This document shows positions 49,433 through 60,701 of a stretch of DNA of 64,000 nucleotides, piece by piece. The notes beneath the pieces were generated by a model. It had not been told where the DNA came from, searched no databases, and was given only the letters and a program-made list of their open reading frames with translations. How positions within the stretch are numbered: the first letter of the stretch is position 1; each line of letters opens with the position of its first letter. Both the position numbers and the translations under genes were made by a program. Origin of the DNA: Candidatus Obscuribacteraceae bacterium (GTDB lineage Bacteria; Cyanobacteriota; Vampirovibrionia; Obscuribacterales; Obscuribacteraceae); contig JBGASG010000010.1 in the NCBI GenBank assembly GCA_044229845.1, positions 32,001 through 96,000 on the forward strand, in the 5' to 3' direction.

Positions 49433-52093
49433 ATGAATCTGGAAAAATTCACCCACAAAGCTCAGGAAGCGGTAACTAACTGCCAGACAATCTTGGCGCG
49501 ATTCGGGCATGCACAAGTGCAACCCGAACACCTGCTGCTTTCCCTTATGGAACAGCAGGACGGACTGGCGCCGAAGATCATTACTGCGTGCGGCGGTAAC
49601 CCCGAGACGATCACCGAGGAAGTGACGCGCTACTTAGGCACCTTACCGAAAACATCTTCGGTCAGCTTCAAGAAAGACGAGATTCACGTTTCCTCCAAAT
49701 TAATTGCCGAATTAGAAGAAGCAGGCAAAGAAGCCGAGAAGCTCAAAGACCAGTTTGTCAGTGTCGAACACTTGATGATGGCCCTGTGCGATACGTCCAA
49801 GTCGCAAGCCGGCAGCATCCTCAAACAAAACGGTATTACAAGAGATCGCATCTTCCAGACCTTGACCAAGATTCGTGGTGCACAAGGAGTCACCAGCCAG
49901 GATCCCGAAGCAACTTACGAAGCATTGAAACGCTATAGCCGCGACCTCACCGAAGCCGCCGCCGCCGGCAAACTCGATCCGGTAATCGGGCGCGATGAAG
50001 AAATTCGTCGCATCATGCAAGTGCTGTCACGGCGCACGAAAAACAATCCGGTGCTCGTCGGTGAACCGGGCGTGGGAAAAACGGCCATCGTAGAAGGGCT
50101 TGCTCAGCGAATTACCAAGGGCGACGTTCCCGAACAATTGAAGAACAAGAAACTCTTGTCGCTTGATATGGGTTCTTTGATCGCCGGCGCTAAGTATCGG
50201 GGCGAATTCGAAGAGCGACTGAAGGCAGTTCTCAGCGAAGTGATTCAAGCTGCCGGCAAAATCATTCTATTTATTGATGAATTGCACACCGTGGTCGGCG
50301 CCGGCTCCTCCGGCGAAGGCTCCATGGATGCGGGAAATTTGCTGAAACCGCCACTGGCGCGCGGCGAATTGCATTGCATCGGTGCCACCACCCTCGATGA
50401 ATATCGAAAGTACATCGAAAAGGATCCAGCTCTGGAACGCCGCTTCCAAACCGTATTAGTGGAAGAGCCCTCGGTCGAAGACACGATCTCCATCTTGCGC
50501 GGTCTCAAAGAGCGTTACGAAGTACATCACGGCGTGCGGATCAAAGATTCCGCACTGGTGGGAGCGGCCGTACTTTCGCATCGTTATATAACTGATCGCG
50601 CCATGCCCGACAAAGCTATCGACTTGATCGACGAGGCTGCAGCCAAGATGCGCATCGAGATCGACTCGATGCCAGCGGAGCTCGACGAACTGGAACGCCG
50701 CAAAATCCAACTGGAGATCGAACGCGAAGCCCTCAAGAAGGAAACTGATCAAGGTTCGCGAGAAAGGCTGGAACGCATCGAGCGCGAACTGGCGGAAATT
50801 AGGGAGAAAGCTGATGGACTGCGCGCTCAATGGCAATCTGAAAAAGATGCGTTGAACAAGTTGCAGATGCTGAAGGCCGAAAAGGAAGCCATAAACGTGC
50901 AGATTGAACAGGCCGAGCGGGCCACCGATCTGGCTCGGGCCGCCGAGTTGAAATACAGCACGCTCATGGAGATTGAAAAGCAGATCAAAGAGGCTGAAGA
51001 TCACTTCTTGAAGAAACGCGGACCGCGCCTTTTGTCGCAAGAAGTAAGCGAGGACGATATCGCGGAAATCGTCTCGAAGTGGACCGGTATCCCGGTCACC
51101 AAGCTGCTCGAGGGCGAAGTACAAAAACTGCTGCGCCTGGAAGAGCACCTACACAAACGCGTCATCGGGCAAGAAGAAGCAATCGTCGTGGTATCAAATG
51201 CAGTGCGGCGCGCCCGGGCTGGTTTAAAAGATCCCCACCGACCGATCGGTAGTTTCCTCTTCTTAGGCCCAACCGGAGTAGGAAAAACCGAACTGGCAAA
51301 GGCGCTGGCAGAGTTTCTTTTCGACGATGACCAGGCGATGGTACGCATCGACATGTCCGAATATCAAGAACGTCACACGGTCGCCCGACTGATCGGAGCA
51401 CCGCCTGGATATGTCGGATACGACGAAGGCGGTCAACTCACCGAAGCGGTGCGCAGACGTCCATACTCCTGCGTGCTGTTCGATGAAATCGAAAAAGCCC
51501 ACGGCGATGTTTTCAACGTCTTGCTGCAAGTTCTCGACGAAGGACACCTGACCGACTCCAAAGGACGCCAGGTCGACTTCAAAAATACAGTCTTGATCAT
51601 GACGTCAAACATCGGCAGTCAACACATCTTGCAGTATCAAATGGAAGCCTCGACCAAAGGCGAAGTGGCGTACGATGCCATGAAAGAGCGCGTCCTGGAA
51701 GCGCTGCGCGAACACTTCCGTCCGGAGTTCTTGAACCGTATCGACGAAACGGTCGTCTTCCATGCCCTCACCGCGGCCGAACTAAAATACATTGTCGACC
51801 TGCAGATTCAGTTCCTCAATCGCCGACTGGAAGAGCGCAAAATCAGATTGGAGCCCACCGAGGCCGCGCGCGAATGGCTGGCTAAGGTCGGTTACGATCC
51901 GATGTACGGCGCTCGCCCGCTCAAGCGGCTGATCCAGAAAGAAATCGAGAACCCGCTCGCGTTGAAGATGCTGGAAGGCAGTTTCGCCGACGGCGACACG
52001 ATCCTAATCGATGCCCAACCAGACGCTGACGACCTGATCTTCACAAAATCCGATTCGGCAGCACCGATGGTAGCTTCTCCGGCGACGGCATGA
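49433..52093 (+). CDS. clpB: ATP-dependent chaperone ClpB
   Basis: Two AAA+ modules ([16 protein letters not shown]), middle coiled-coil domain, [17 protein letters not shown]. Confidence 0.98.
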   Translation: MNLEKFTHKAQEAVTNCQTILARFGHAQVQPEHLLLSLMEQQDGLAPKIITACGGNPETITEEVTRYLGTLPKTSSVSFKKDEIHVSSKLIAELEEAGKEAEKLKDQFVSVEHLMMALCDTSKSQAGSILKQNGITRDRIFQTLTKIRGAQGVTSQDPEATYEALKRYSRDLTEAAAAGKLDPVIGRDEEIRRIMQVLSRRTKNNPVLVGEPGVGKTAIVEGLAQRITKGDVPEQLKNKKLLSLDMGSLIAGAKYRGEFEERLKAVLSEVIQAAGKIILFIDELHTVVGAGSSGEGSMDAGNLLKPPLARGELHCIGATTLDEYRKYIEKDPALERRFQTVLVEEPSVEDTISILRGLKERYEVHHGVRIKDSALVGAAVLSHRYITDRAMPDKAIDLIDEAAAKMRIEIDSMPAELDELERRKIQLEIEREALKKETDQGSRERLERIERELAEIREKADGLRAQWQSEKDALNKLQMLKAEKEAINVQIEQAERATDLARAAELKYSTLMEIEKQIKEAEDHFLKKRGPRLLSQEVSEDDIAEIVSKWTGIPVTKLLEGEVQKLLRLEEHLHKRVIGQEEAIVVVSNAVRRARAGLKDPHRPIGSFLFLGPTGVGKTELAKALAEFLFDDDQAMVRIDMSEYQERHTVARLIGAPPGYVGYDEGGQLTEAVRRRPYSCVLFDEIEKAHGDVFNVLLQVLDEGHLTDSKGRQVDFKNTVLIMTSNIGSQHILQYQMEASTKGEVAYDAMKERVLEALREHFRPEFLNRIDETVVFHALTAAELKYIVDLQIQFLNRRLEERKIRLEPTEAAREWLAKVGYDPMYGARPLKRLIQKEIENPLALKMLEGSFADGDTILIDAQPDADDLIFTKSDSAAPMVASPATA

Positions 52094-53505
52094 ATCTCAT
52101 CAGACACGGCATTGTCTTTTTGATTGCCGGCTTTCTAGTGACGGGCGGCGGTCTCGTTTCAGTCCATGCCAGCGAGTCCGCTGCCGGCAGTTCGATCAAA
52201 GACAAGTGGGCAGTGCTGATTGGCGTCAGCAAATTCGAGAATGCGCAGATTCCGACTCTCAAATATCCGGCCAAAGACGCCAGAGATCTCGCCGACTTCC
52301 TGGTCGCATCGGGAAATTTCAAACGAGATCACATCCTCCTGCTCACTGACGAGCTAGCGACGCGCGAAAACATACTTGATGCATTCGGCGACGGCTGGCT
52401 TCCCAAGCGAGTTCTGGAAGACGACCTGGTGCTGGTCTATGTTTCTTCTCACGGTAGCGCCGTCGATAATCGAGGCAACAACTTTATCATTGCGCACGAT
52501 ACCGACCCGGAAAAACCATTTGCGACTGGTATCAAACTGCAGACTCTGCTCAAAGATGTGACGGAGCGTACCGGCTGTCAGCGCGTGGTGCTCATGCTGG
52601 ATGCCTGCCACAGCGGCACCGCCACCGCCGATGCAAAAGGATTGACCAGAAACGGCATCGACCCCACCACCTATGTCGGCACCGGACAGGTGGTAATCAG
52701 TTCCAGCAAACCAGAACAAGTGTCATGGGAATCGAAGCGCTACAAAAATGGTGTGTTTACTCACCAGTTGATGAAAGCTCTGCAGAGCAAGGGTGCAGAA
52801 ACAAAGATCGATGATGCCTACTCCGCCCTCAAAGATGGGGTGGAAGCCGAGGTGCGTTTCGATCGCACCGTCGCGCAAACACCGCTTCTGCTCAGCAAAT
52901 GGCAGGGTCCACCGCTGGCTCTTCTGGCGCCGCCTACCAGTCCAAGAGTCGTACCCAGCGAGTCGCCACCGCCGGCGCCACCACCTCGCGCACAGCCCGC
53001 CGCCAGCGTCGCCCGCACAACTCAGATTCCGGCACCGACGACGACACCCGTTAATGTTAATAAGCCGCCAGTCAGACCGGCCACCAGCTCGGCCTCGCTC
53101 ACTTCGCCGCCATCAGCCAACTCCGGCAAGTATCCATATCTTCTGCGCCGCCCGATGATGACCACCGACTGGCGAGCAAGCGGAGGTGATCCGACCCTGG
53201 AAAGTGGCACGCGATTGATCACCGAGGACGAACTGGCGGGGATGAATCAGCTGCAAGTCGAGTGCGTCCTTAACGAACCGTTTGCCCGGCACGGACGTCA
53301 GTTTCTCACCCGAGGCATTCAAGATTACTTCAACGCTCAACCCTGGTATTCTGCGGACCCTGATTACCACTGGCGGGCCGACGATCCGCAGGTGCAAGCC
53401 CGCGGCTCGGACGATTCCCGCATCATCACCCCTAAACGCACCCCGAAGCAAGCTGCCAACATCGCGCTTTGCAAGAAAGTGCGCGCCAGGGTAATGGGTC
53501 GCTAG
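52090..53505 (+). CDS. Secreted caspase-family (C14) peptidase with C-terminal YARHG-like domain
   Basis: [15 protein letters not shown] (His), LDACHSG (Cys), NGVFT, Pro-rich linker, [12 protein letters not shown]...YFNAQPWY. Confidence 0.88.
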   Translation: MNLIRHGIVFLIAGFLVTGGGLVSVHASESAAGSSIKDKWAVLIGVSKFENAQIPTLKYPAKDARDLADFLVASGNFKRDHILLLTDELATRENILDAFGDGWLPKRVLEDDLVLVYVSSHGSAVDNRGNNFIIAHDTDPEKPFATGIKLQTLLKDVTERTGCQRVVLMLDACHSGTATADAKGLTRNGIDPTTYVGTGQVVISSSKPEQVSWESKRYKNGVFTHQLMKALQSKGAETKIDDAYSALKDGVEAEVRFDRTVAQTPLLLSKWQGPPLALLAPPTSPRVVPSESPPPAPPPRAQPAASVARTTQIPAPTTTPVNVNKPPVRPATSSASLTSPPSANSGKYPYLLRRPMMTTDWRASGGDPTLESGTRLITEDELAGMNQLQVECVLNEPFARHGRQFLTRGIQDYFNAQPWYSADPDYHWRADDPQVQARGSDDSRIITPKRTPKQAANIALCKKVRARVMGR

Positions 53506-53506
53506 A

Positions 53507-54628
53507 TTAAGCCGTCTTCGCCATACGATCGGCTTGACTGACCAGGGAGGAGCGGATGGCGCGCGCACGGCCTTCCAACTTGGCTGCTATGGAAGCCCGC
53601 TTGGTCTTCTTCAGAACCCCCGCATAACACTCGATGCAGGCGGCAACGCTGGGATGCTCAACGCCGAAAGCGCGCACTCGAATCTTGAGCGCGTGCTTGA
53701 GCATCTTCTCCGCCTCTTCATACCGATGCTGCGAGACATAAATGTTTGCCAGGTTGAACGCCGATGATGCCGTTTCCGGATGACTGAGCCCGAGAGTCTG
53801 CTCGCGAATCTCCAGAGCCTTCTGCAGGAACAGCTCCGCTTCGCGGAAGCGTCCTTGTGCACGGTACAGGTCCGCCCTCGTCGCCAGAGCCAGCGCCACC
53901 AAGGGGTGCTGCGGAAACAGTTTCTCTTTCTCAGCCGTCAAGGCGCAGCGGAACAGAACCTCCGCGTCAGCGATGCGTCCTTGATTGAAGTAAATCTGGG
54001 CCAGCTCAGTTATCGAACGCGCGTCGCTGGCCTTACCGGAACCGAGGTCGGCGGAGGTGATGGACACGGACTTTTCATAGGCTTCCTTGGCTTCGGTGTT
54101 TTTGCCCTGCCGGCTGCACATGATTGCCAGAGCCAGATGACAGAGCCCGGAAAAGTAATTTCCCGCACCCAGGTTGCGGTCGTATAGACTCAACGACTTG
54201 CGGATGATGTCTTCGGCGCGAGCGTAGTCGCCGGCAGCATGATAGAGTCCGCCGAGGTAGTTGCGCCGCTCTGCAACCTGCAGGCTGTCAGGTCCATAAG
54301 TCTGCTCGGACAACTGCAGAGCTCGCAGGTAGTACGGTTCGGCTTCTGAAAACTTGTCTTGGATGCGCATGATCAGCGCCAGTCGATGCGCCGCCTGAAT
54401 CAGGTCTTCGGCGCTGGCTGTACCGCAATTGGTGCGAATGTTGAGAGAGCGCACGTAGAGCAATTCGGCACGCCCGTACTGCCCTTCGGTGTGGAAGAGC
54501 TCAGCCAGAATATCGAGTTCGACGCAAACAGCCGGGTCGTCTTTGCCGGCTTCCTTCTCGCGGCGGGCCAGCGCCTCTTCGGCTTCCTGGATCTTCCGTC
54601 CTCTGGTACGCTCCATGGGCAGATTCAT
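53507..54628 (-). CDS. TPR protein (kinesin-light-chain-like)
   Basis: ALEIREQTLGLSHPETA, ALKIRVRAFGVEHPSVA. Confidence 0.9.
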   Translation of the reverse strand: MNLPMERTRGRKIQEAEEALARREKEAGKDDPAVCVELDILAELFHTEGQYGRAELLYVRSLNIRTNCGTASAEDLIQAAHRLALIMRIQDKFSEAEPYYLRALQLSEQTYGPDSLQVAERRNYLGGLYHAAGDYARAEDIIRKSLSLYDRNLGAGNYFSGLCHLALAIMCSRQGKNTEAKEAYEKSVSITSADLGSGKASDARSITELAQIYFNQGRIADAEVLFRCALTAEKEKLFPQHPLVALALATRADLYRAQGRFREAELFLQKALEIREQTLGLSHPETASSAFNLANIYVSQHRYEEAEKMLKHALKIRVRAFGVEHPSVAACIECYAGVLKKTKRASIAAKLEGRARAIRSSLVSQADRMAKTA

Positions 54629-54665
54629 GGGTGGAACTCCCTCACCTTTCTTGATTATACAGTGG

Positions 54666-56030
54666 TTACGGCTTCGACTGTTGACGATAAAGGGACATGA
54701 CTTCCGCCATCACTTCTTTCAGCGCTACACCATGGGCGGTGGCATAAGCGGCACAATCTTCGAATTCCGGTTGGACGTTGATAATCTGTCCGCTGAGGTC
54801 GCGGCCGATTTTCAGACGCACCACCTCGCCCGCGGGTAACTGCACCTCCACCCACTGGCGATCAGCCAACACGCGCTGAGCGAGGTAGGAACGCGCCCCC
54901 AGCGAGGTTGTTTGAGCAAGCAACACCGCTTCCATCTTGAAGCGATCTGCAACCCGGGCTATCACCTGCACGAGATGTCCGCTGCGTCCCTTCTTCATCA
55001 CCGCCGGCAATACCACCACATCGAGGGCACCGGCGGCAAACAACTGATCCACGGCGTAACTGAGGGCTTGCGGAGAAAGGTCGTCCAGATTGGTTTCGAC
55101 AACGGCAATGCACTCGTTTTTGAACTGTGTCGAGTTGCCGCCGGTGGCATCGCCGACGACCAGACGGCAAGCATTCGGCCAGCCCGCCGGATCCTTGCTG
55201 CCGGCGCCATAGCCGACACCGGTGATGCGTTCAAACGACGGCGGAACTCCCCACTGGCTAGCGATTTCGCAAAGTATCGCGGCACCGGTGGGCGTCAGGC
55301 ACTCGAATTTGTGTTCACTGGATATGGTGGCAGCGCCGCCATGTTGTAACAGGTAGAGCACAGCCGGACCGGGCACTGCCAGAGTGCCATGAGCAGCTTT
55401 GACGAAACCGCTGCCGATCGGAACCGCCGACACATAGCTGCTTTCAATATCTAGCATTGTATAGCCGATAGCAAAACCGAGGATGTCGACAATAGCGTCG
55501 ACAGCACCGACCTCATGAAAGTGCACTTCGTTCTTACTGGTGCCGTGTACCTGCGCTTCGGAGACGGCGAGTCTCTCGAAGATGCGCGCTGCCAGGTCCT
55601 TGGCGCGAGGGGCAATTGCCGAGTCGGCAATGATTTTCAGCACATCACTCAGATGCCTGGTGCCTTCCGCATGAGAGTGCGACTCGCCGTTGCTGTGCGC
55701 GTGTTCGTGTTCATGCCCGTGTTCATGCCCGTGTTCATGCCCGTGTTCATGCCCGTGTTCATGCCCGTGACCACGGCTGTGCACTGCGCTAAATGTCGGC
55801 TGACTCCCGGCTTCGCCGGCGGCGTCAGCCGGAACGAGCACCAGAAGTTTCTTGCAGGCAACCGTGCCGCGCCTGACGTCGTGCAGCTCCACCTTGAAGG
55901 ATCCAGCCGGCAGCTCGACCTTTTTCAATTCTTGCCGCCATTCTTCAAAAGGTAGTCCGGCGTCAAGCAGAGCACCAAGCAGCATGTCGCCTGCTGCTCC
56001 AAACTGGCAGTCGAAATAAGCGACCCTCAT
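54666..56030 (-). CDS. larC: Nickel pincer cofactor biosynthesis protein LarC
   Basis: YFDCQFGAAGDMLLGAL, His-rich insert, VHFHEVGAVDAIVD, TPTGAA, ETNLDD, MKKGRSG, PEFED. Confidence 0.95.
   Translation of the reverse strand: MRVAYFDCQFGAAGDMLLGALLDAGLPFEEWRQELKKVELPAGSFKVELHDVRRGTVACKKLLVLVPADAAGEAGSQPTFSAVHSRGHGHEHGHEHGHEHGHEHGHEHEHAHSNGESHSHAEGTRHLSDVLKIIADSAIAPRAKDLAARIFERLAVSEAQVHGTSKNEVHFHEVGAVDAIVDILGFAIGYTMLDIESSYVSAVPIGSGFVKAAHGTLAVPGPAVLYLLQHGGAATISSEHKFECLTPTGAAILCEIASQWGVPPSFERITGVGYGAGSKDPAGWPNACRLVVGDATGGNSTQFKNECIAVVETNLDDLSPQALSYAVDQLFAAGALDVVVLPAVMKKGRSGHLVQVIARVADRFKMEAVLLAQTTSLGARSYLAQRVLADRQWVEVQLPAGEVVRLKIGRDLSGQIINVQPEFEDCAAYATAHGVALKEVMAEVMSLYRQQSKP
55707..55766 (-). 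repeat. Five exact 12-bp repeats encoding (GHEH)5 in LarC
   Basis: GTGTTCATGCCC x5 on the + strand. Confidence 0.95.
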
Positions 56031-56031
56031 G

Positions 56032-56685
56032 CTAATGACTCGCGGTCGGCAGGGACTTCAAAACGATTTCCGGCAGAGCACCGTCGGCAGTGACGCTGAT
56101 CTGTCTTTCGGCCAGCGATTGCACGTCGCCATGTTCGCTGTCGACCACTTTGAGCGTCTTGTGCCCTGGTGTGAGCACCAGGCGAAATGTTCCATCACGA
56201 GCGGTTCTCGAGAGTCCGCCGCCAGAGATGAGATCCTCAGGCGTCGAGGGTTTGGCGGCCGACGGACCGACTACTACAACTACATCTCGAACACCCTTGT
56301 CGCCCGCGACCACACGTCCGGTGATCAGGAATCCACGGTGCAGTCGAATAATTACTTGCTTGGTTTCCCGTCCCGTCAGATTGCCATATTGAGCCATCGC
56401 CAGGCGCGTCTTCTCGTCGGCGATCACTTCCAGAGAAACACCGGAGCAGGCTGCATGCTTGACTGAAAAATCTCCCTTGCCGTTGGTGACAATCGAGACG
56501 AGTTCGCCGCTGTCATGGTTGCGGAGCAAGATCTTGGCTCCGGCAACCGGCTTCGAAAGCGGATCCAAAATCTTGCCGCGCAGAGCGACTTTCTCTTCGC
56601 CACCGATAGCGGGCGCTAGCGCCAGAGAAAATGCGCCCAACAGCAGTGCACCGCGCAGTCCATCAAGCAGAAACTGTTTTGTCAT
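56032..56685 (-). CDS. Secreted carboxypeptidase-regulatory-like domain protein (two beta-sandwich repeats)
   Basis: LRGKILDPLSKPVAGAKI...TNGKGDF and ITGRVV...TARDGTF. Start at MTKQ is inferred. Confidence 0.78.
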   Translation of the reverse strand: MTKQFLLDGLRGALLLGAFSLALAPAIGGEEKVALRGKILDPLSKPVAGAKILLRNHDSGELVSIVTNGKGDFSVKHAACSGVSLEVIADEKTRLAMAQYGNLTGRETKQVIIRLHRGFLITGRVVAGDKGVRDVVVVVGPSAAKPSTPEDLISGGGLSRTARDGTFRLVLTPGHKTLKVVDSEHGDVQSLAERQISVTADGALPEIVLKSLPTASH

Positions 56686-56744
56686 TGCCAGCCATCTCGC
56701 GTCGTCGTGCGCACGCTTACACACACCGCGGAAACTATACACGA

Positions 56745-57869
56745 TCACCGTCCGGCAGAGGTGAGAAGCTGGCCGGTTGCGGCGCAAGTTCCGGTTGCTA
56801 CGCGGACGGCCAATTCGACCGGTGCGCGGAAGAGTGCCACACTGTCTCGGGACTGAGCCATCCGTTCGAGGCACCAGTAAATTATCAAGAATGCCGAAAG
56901 CCTGATCCAGAGAGCAACAGTTTGCTTATCGTAGGCTTCGCCGACACCCTTCCTTTTCCATTCTCGCTCATAGGATTTGAGGAAGGCTTGCAATCTCTTT
57001 TCGCTGACCGCTGTCTGCTCCGACGCGGCGGCATTCTCTCGTTCGGTCGCCAGTGCGAAAGTAAGCGCTCCGTAGGCAATATCCTGTACGCGGGCGCCGA
57101 TCTGCAAATCCTCATAATCAATCACTCCGACAACTTTGTCTGGACTGCTGAAGAGCAGATTGGCAGGATGGTAGTCGCCATGCAGCAGTGCCGTTGGTGC
57201 TTGAGCTTGCCGACTCGCCGGCAACAACCGCACATCTTCGATTACCTCTCTTAGTTGTTCGATCAACGAGTTACCCAGCGACTCTCTGATTGAGAAGCCG
57301 GGAACTGCATCGCCGCCCAATTTCGCGAGCGCAGCGGTCAGCCAGCCGGTTAGACTATCCAGCACCGCAGCATCCGCGACATCCAACTTTGACCCGGCAG
57401 ATAGCAACTTAGAAGACGCTGCATGAAAAAGCGCCAACGTCTCACCGCCTGCCGCCGACTCGATTTCACCCCACGTGCAATAGGTCCAGTCCATGGACGG
57501 CAGGCTTTCCACATAGTCATACAGCGACCAGAGGCAACCGTCGGACTGGAACAGCGTTGCACCAGATACGGTGCGAATCGCCGCCGGCGTCAGATGAAAG
57601 CCCGTGCTGCGCAGCTTGCCGATTGCCGCGTGCTGAGCTTCTATTCGCGGGGCGGTTTTGCCGGGAGCGTGACTTTTCAGGCAATAAACCACCCGCGGTC
57701 CGCTGGTGTCATCGGTAATTCTTGCGACAGTCGATGAAGCACCGCCACGCATGGGAGTGATGGAGAAGTCGGCAAGCCGATAGTTTTCGGCAATCTGTGT
57801 GGACAGAGTGCCGCGGCGGCGCGGTTCTAACTTGAAACCGTTAAGATCGTCCGCGTCGTCCATTGGCAT
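56745..57869 (-). CDS. APH / homoserine kinase type II-like phosphotransferase
   Basis: LLHGDYHPANLLF and VIDYED motifs. Confidence 0.85.
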   Translation of the reverse strand: MPMDDADDLNGFKLEPRRRGTLSTQIAENYRLADFSITPMRGGASSTVARITDDTSGPRVVYCLKSHAPGKTAPRIEAQHAAIGKLRSTGFHLTPAAIRTVSGATLFQSDGCLWSLYDYVESLPSMDWTYCTWGEIESAAGGETLALFHAASSKLLSAGSKLDVADAAVLDSLTGWLTAALAKLGGDAVPGFSIRESLGNSLIEQLREVIEDVRLLPASRQAQAPTALLHGDYHPANLLFSSPDKVVGVIDYEDLQIGARVQDIAYGALTFALATERENAAASEQTAVSEKRLQAFLKSYEREWKRKGVGEAYDKQTVALWIRLSAFLIIYWCLERMAQSRDSVALFRAPVELAVRVATGTCAATGQLLTSAGR

Positions 57870-57956
57870 CCCTCGACCGAGAACAGGTATTCTATTAAAA
57901 TCTAGATTCTAAAATCTAGAATCCCAGGCAATTTCCCAGTCTCCCAGTCTTCAGTC

Positions 57957-59054
57957 ATGGTCATCCAGATCGGTCCTTTGAGCTTGAAGAGCCGTGTATA
58001 CGTGCCGCCAATGGCGGGCGTGACGGATCTGGTTTTTCGCGACATCGTGCGCCGCGTCGACCCGCATTGCCTTATGTCGACGGAAATGGTCTCCAGCCGC
58101 AGTCTGCAATACCGCCCCGAGTCGAGAATTATGGACCTTTCGAACACGGAGCATCCGATTGGCATTCAGGTCTTCGGACACGAGCCTGACTGCATGGCTG
58201 CTGCGGCGCAGATGGCTGAGGCTCGCGGAGCTGACTTCATTGACGTGAACATGGGCTGTCCGGTCCCAAAAATCACCAAGGGCAAGGACGGTTGCGCGTT
58301 GATGCGCGAACCGGACCTAGCGCGCGAGATTCTCACAACCATGAAGAGCGCCGTCAACATCCCGGTCACCGTCAAGTTTCGTCTGGGTTGGGACGATGAC
58401 TCGCGCAACGCAGTAGAGTTTGGACTGATGGCTGAAGATGCTGGTGTCAGTGCCATCACACTGCACGGCCGCACCCGCCAGCAGCTTTATTCCGGCAAGG
58501 CCGACTGGAGTTTCATTGCCAAAGTCAAAAAGGCCGTTTCGGTGCCGCTTTTCGGCAATGGCGATGTGTTCGAACCCGAAGATGCAATACGCCTGCTCGA
58601 AATGACTGGCTGTGATGGCGTCGCGGTTGCCCGTGGCACGCTCGGCAATCCCTGGCTGATTCCGCGCATCACCAAATTTATCGAAACCGGCATCCTCGAC
58701 GATCCACCCGACGATGTCGAAAGGCTGATCGCTGCGTTTCTGCATTGCCTGGGGCTGATCAGATACAAAGGCGTCAGGGTCGGAACCGACCAGTCGCGCC
58801 GGCATCTCACTCATTACACTAAGGGCATTCGCGGTGCTGCGCCATTTCGCGCCCGTCTGACACAAATCAAAAGCGCGGCTGAGTGCCTGGCGGTACTGTC
58901 CGAACTGGCCGAACTGGCGGCCGGTCCGAGCGGCAAAGCGATGTTTCTCGCAGCCGTTGAAGCCAGCTACCTGAGCTACCAGGCGTCGCTGGAAGCAGGC
59001 GGATTCGCCGTTGCCAACGCCGTCGCCAACGCACCATCTCCGGTGCATGCTTGA
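57957..59054 (+). CDS. dusB: tRNA dihydrouridine synthase
   Basis: PMAGVTD, IDVNMGCPVPKI, TVKFRLGWD, LHGRT, GNGD, GNPW. Confidence 0.95.
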   Translation: MVIQIGPLSLKSRVYVPPMAGVTDLVFRDIVRRVDPHCLMSTEMVSSRSLQYRPESRIMDLSNTEHPIGIQVFGHEPDCMAAAAQMAEARGADFIDVNMGCPVPKITKGKDGCALMREPDLAREILTTMKSAVNIPVTVKFRLGWDDDSRNAVEFGLMAEDAGVSAITLHGRTRQQLYSGKADWSFIAKVKKAVSVPLFGNGDVFEPEDAIRLLEMTGCDGVAVARGTLGNPWLIPRITKFIETGILDDPPDDVERLIAAFLHCLGLIRYKGVRVGTDQSRRHLTHYTKGIRGAAPFRARLTQIKSAAECLAVLSELAELAAGPSGKAMFLAAVEASYLSYQASLEAGGFAVANAVANAPSPVHA

Positions 59055-59078
59055 ACTGATCGGCAGCCGCGGGCAGCC

Positions 59079-59288
59079 TCAGTGCCAGTAGAGGATAGTT
59101 ATTTCCAGAACGGCAAAAACCCAGGCAAAGGGCACGGCAACGGTGAACACCATGTCTAAGCCGAAGTTGATGTCTATGCCGTCTCGCCAGTCACAGAACC
59201 AGAGAACCGCGTTGGTAAAGGGCGTGATGCACCAGCCCATAATTCCGGCCAGGACCGAAAGAACCAGAATGAATGCCCAAAAATCCAT
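59079..59288 (-). CDS. Small membrane protein
   Basis: 69 aa with two hydrophobic segments. Confidence 0.55.
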   Translation of the reverse strand: MDFWAFILVLSVLAGIMGWCITPFTNAVLWFCDWRDGIDINFGLDMVFTVAVPFAWVFAVLEITILYWH

Positions 59289-59565
59289 TAATACCTAGCC
59301 TGAATGCGGCTCAACGCCATCGCCAATTTAGTTGCAAGCAGGACCCATGACAAGTGATTTACAACTTAAGTAAAAGTTTACTGGCGCAGCGATTTTGATC
59401 AATACCGAAAACCCTTGAAATCACGGGATTTTCGCGACCTGAGTGGGGTTTATACGATGCCAAGTTTCGTAATCACCGAATTCTTGGCAGGGCTCTCGCC
59501 GTCGATAGCCCCTTGACTTCAACAGAAGTGTTTAAACGCCCTAAGGGAAAAATCAGCACCCTAAG

Positions 59566-59592
59566 AAAAAAGCCGGTCTCGAAGGACCGGCT
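59566..59592 (-). terminator. Rho-independent terminator after gmk-rpoZ
   Basis: Minus strand AGCCGGTCC-TTCG-AGACCGGCT followed by a T run. Confidence 0.85.
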
Positions 59593-59625
59593 CGAAATGC
59601 TTGCGTGATGCGCCCAGCGCCCGGC

Positions 59626-59844
59626 TTAGAAACCGACCAGGTAATCGCCGCCCGTTGAGATCAGGATTGTGCCGTCGCCTTCAGCGGCAACCATTTGCAG
59701 CGCCTGAATGACGGGGTTGGTAGCGCGTGGCTGGTCGCGCGTTTCATTCTTGATCTGCTTGGCGCGCTGAGCGACCTTCAGTACCAGTTCGTAGCGATTG
59801 GGGTAATTTTCCAGAAGCTGGTCGAGAATGCGTGTCGTGCTCAT
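59626..59844 (-). CDS. rpoZ: RNA polymerase omega subunit
   Basis: NRYELVLKVAQRAKQ...NPVIQAL. Lies downstream of gmk. Confidence 0.9.
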   Translation of the reverse strand: MSTTRILDQLLENYPNRYELVLKVAQRAKQIKNETRDQPRATNPVIQALQMVAAEGDGTILISTGGDYLVGF

Positions 59845-59855
59845 GTTTAGTGCTC

Positions 59856-60524
59856 TCAGCGTTGTTTGATACGGCAACGTTCAGCATACACTATGTGTAC
59901 GAGATTCCGCACGGCTTCCTCTACATCGTCGTTTACAACCTCGTAATCGAAGAGGTGTCGCTCTTTCAGCTCTTGTTCGGCCTTGCGCAGGCGCAAGGCG
60001 ACTTTGTCCTTGCTCTCGGTGCCGCGGTTCGTGAGCCGCTCCCGAAGCGCGTTGAACGACGGAGGCGATATGAAGATAAGAACAGCTTGAGGAAACGCTC
60101 TGGCGATCTGCTTGGCGCCCTGCACTTCGATTTCGAGCAGAACGTCGATGCCGAGTGCCAGCTGCTCTTTGACCCAGACGCGCGGTGTGCCGTAATAAGA
60201 GCCGGCAAACTCAGCCGATTCCATCAGCTCGTCTTGCGCGCGCAACTCATCGAACTGCGCCTGGGTCCGGAAGAAATAGTCGACACCTTCCTGTTCGCCA
60301 AATCTCTGTTCGCGGGTTGTAACCGAGACCGACCGCACCAGATTAGGGCACTGCTCAATTAAGAGCTTGCGCAGAGTTCCCTTGCCAACTCCGGACGGTC
60401 CGGTGAAGACGATGAGATTTCCAGGTTGAGTCTTGTCCGCGGGCATGAACTCTTGCAGATTTGCCTCATCTGCCTTCAGCGAATACAGATTCTCTTTCTG
60501 TTTCACGCTGCCTCTGCCTTTCAT
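59856..60524 (-). CDS. gmk: Guanylate kinase
   Basis: GPSGVGKGT, SVTTR, GVDYFF, YYGTP, RGTE. Confidence 0.97.
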   Translation of the reverse strand: MKGRGSVKQKENLYSLKADEANLQEFMPADKTQPGNLIVFTGPSGVGKGTLRKLLIEQCPNLVRSVSVTTREQRFGEQEGVDYFFRTQAQFDELRAQDELMESAEFAGSYYGTPRVWVKEQLALGIDVLLEIEVQGAKQIARAFPQAVLIFISPPSFNALRERLTNRGTESKDKVALRLRKAEQELKERHLFDYEVVNDDVEEAVRNLVHIVYAERCRIKQR

Positions 60525-60701
60525 CCGGTTTAGGTATCCATGCGAAGTCTAGGACGTACGTGTTATTTCAAAGGTAACTTAAGGTCTCTAGCTCGTAAAG
60601 AGCGCATTGCGAAATCGCATGGGAATTCTCCCCTCAAACGGCTTACCCCCTGATAGTATTTTGCAGGAACAACAAGCAAGATTCCGCTCACCCCAAAAGC
60701 G

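Noticed and set aside
59290..59560. Intergenic stretch with small hairpins as a possible sRNA or tRNA
   Set aside because: No cloverleaf or extended pairing could be supported.
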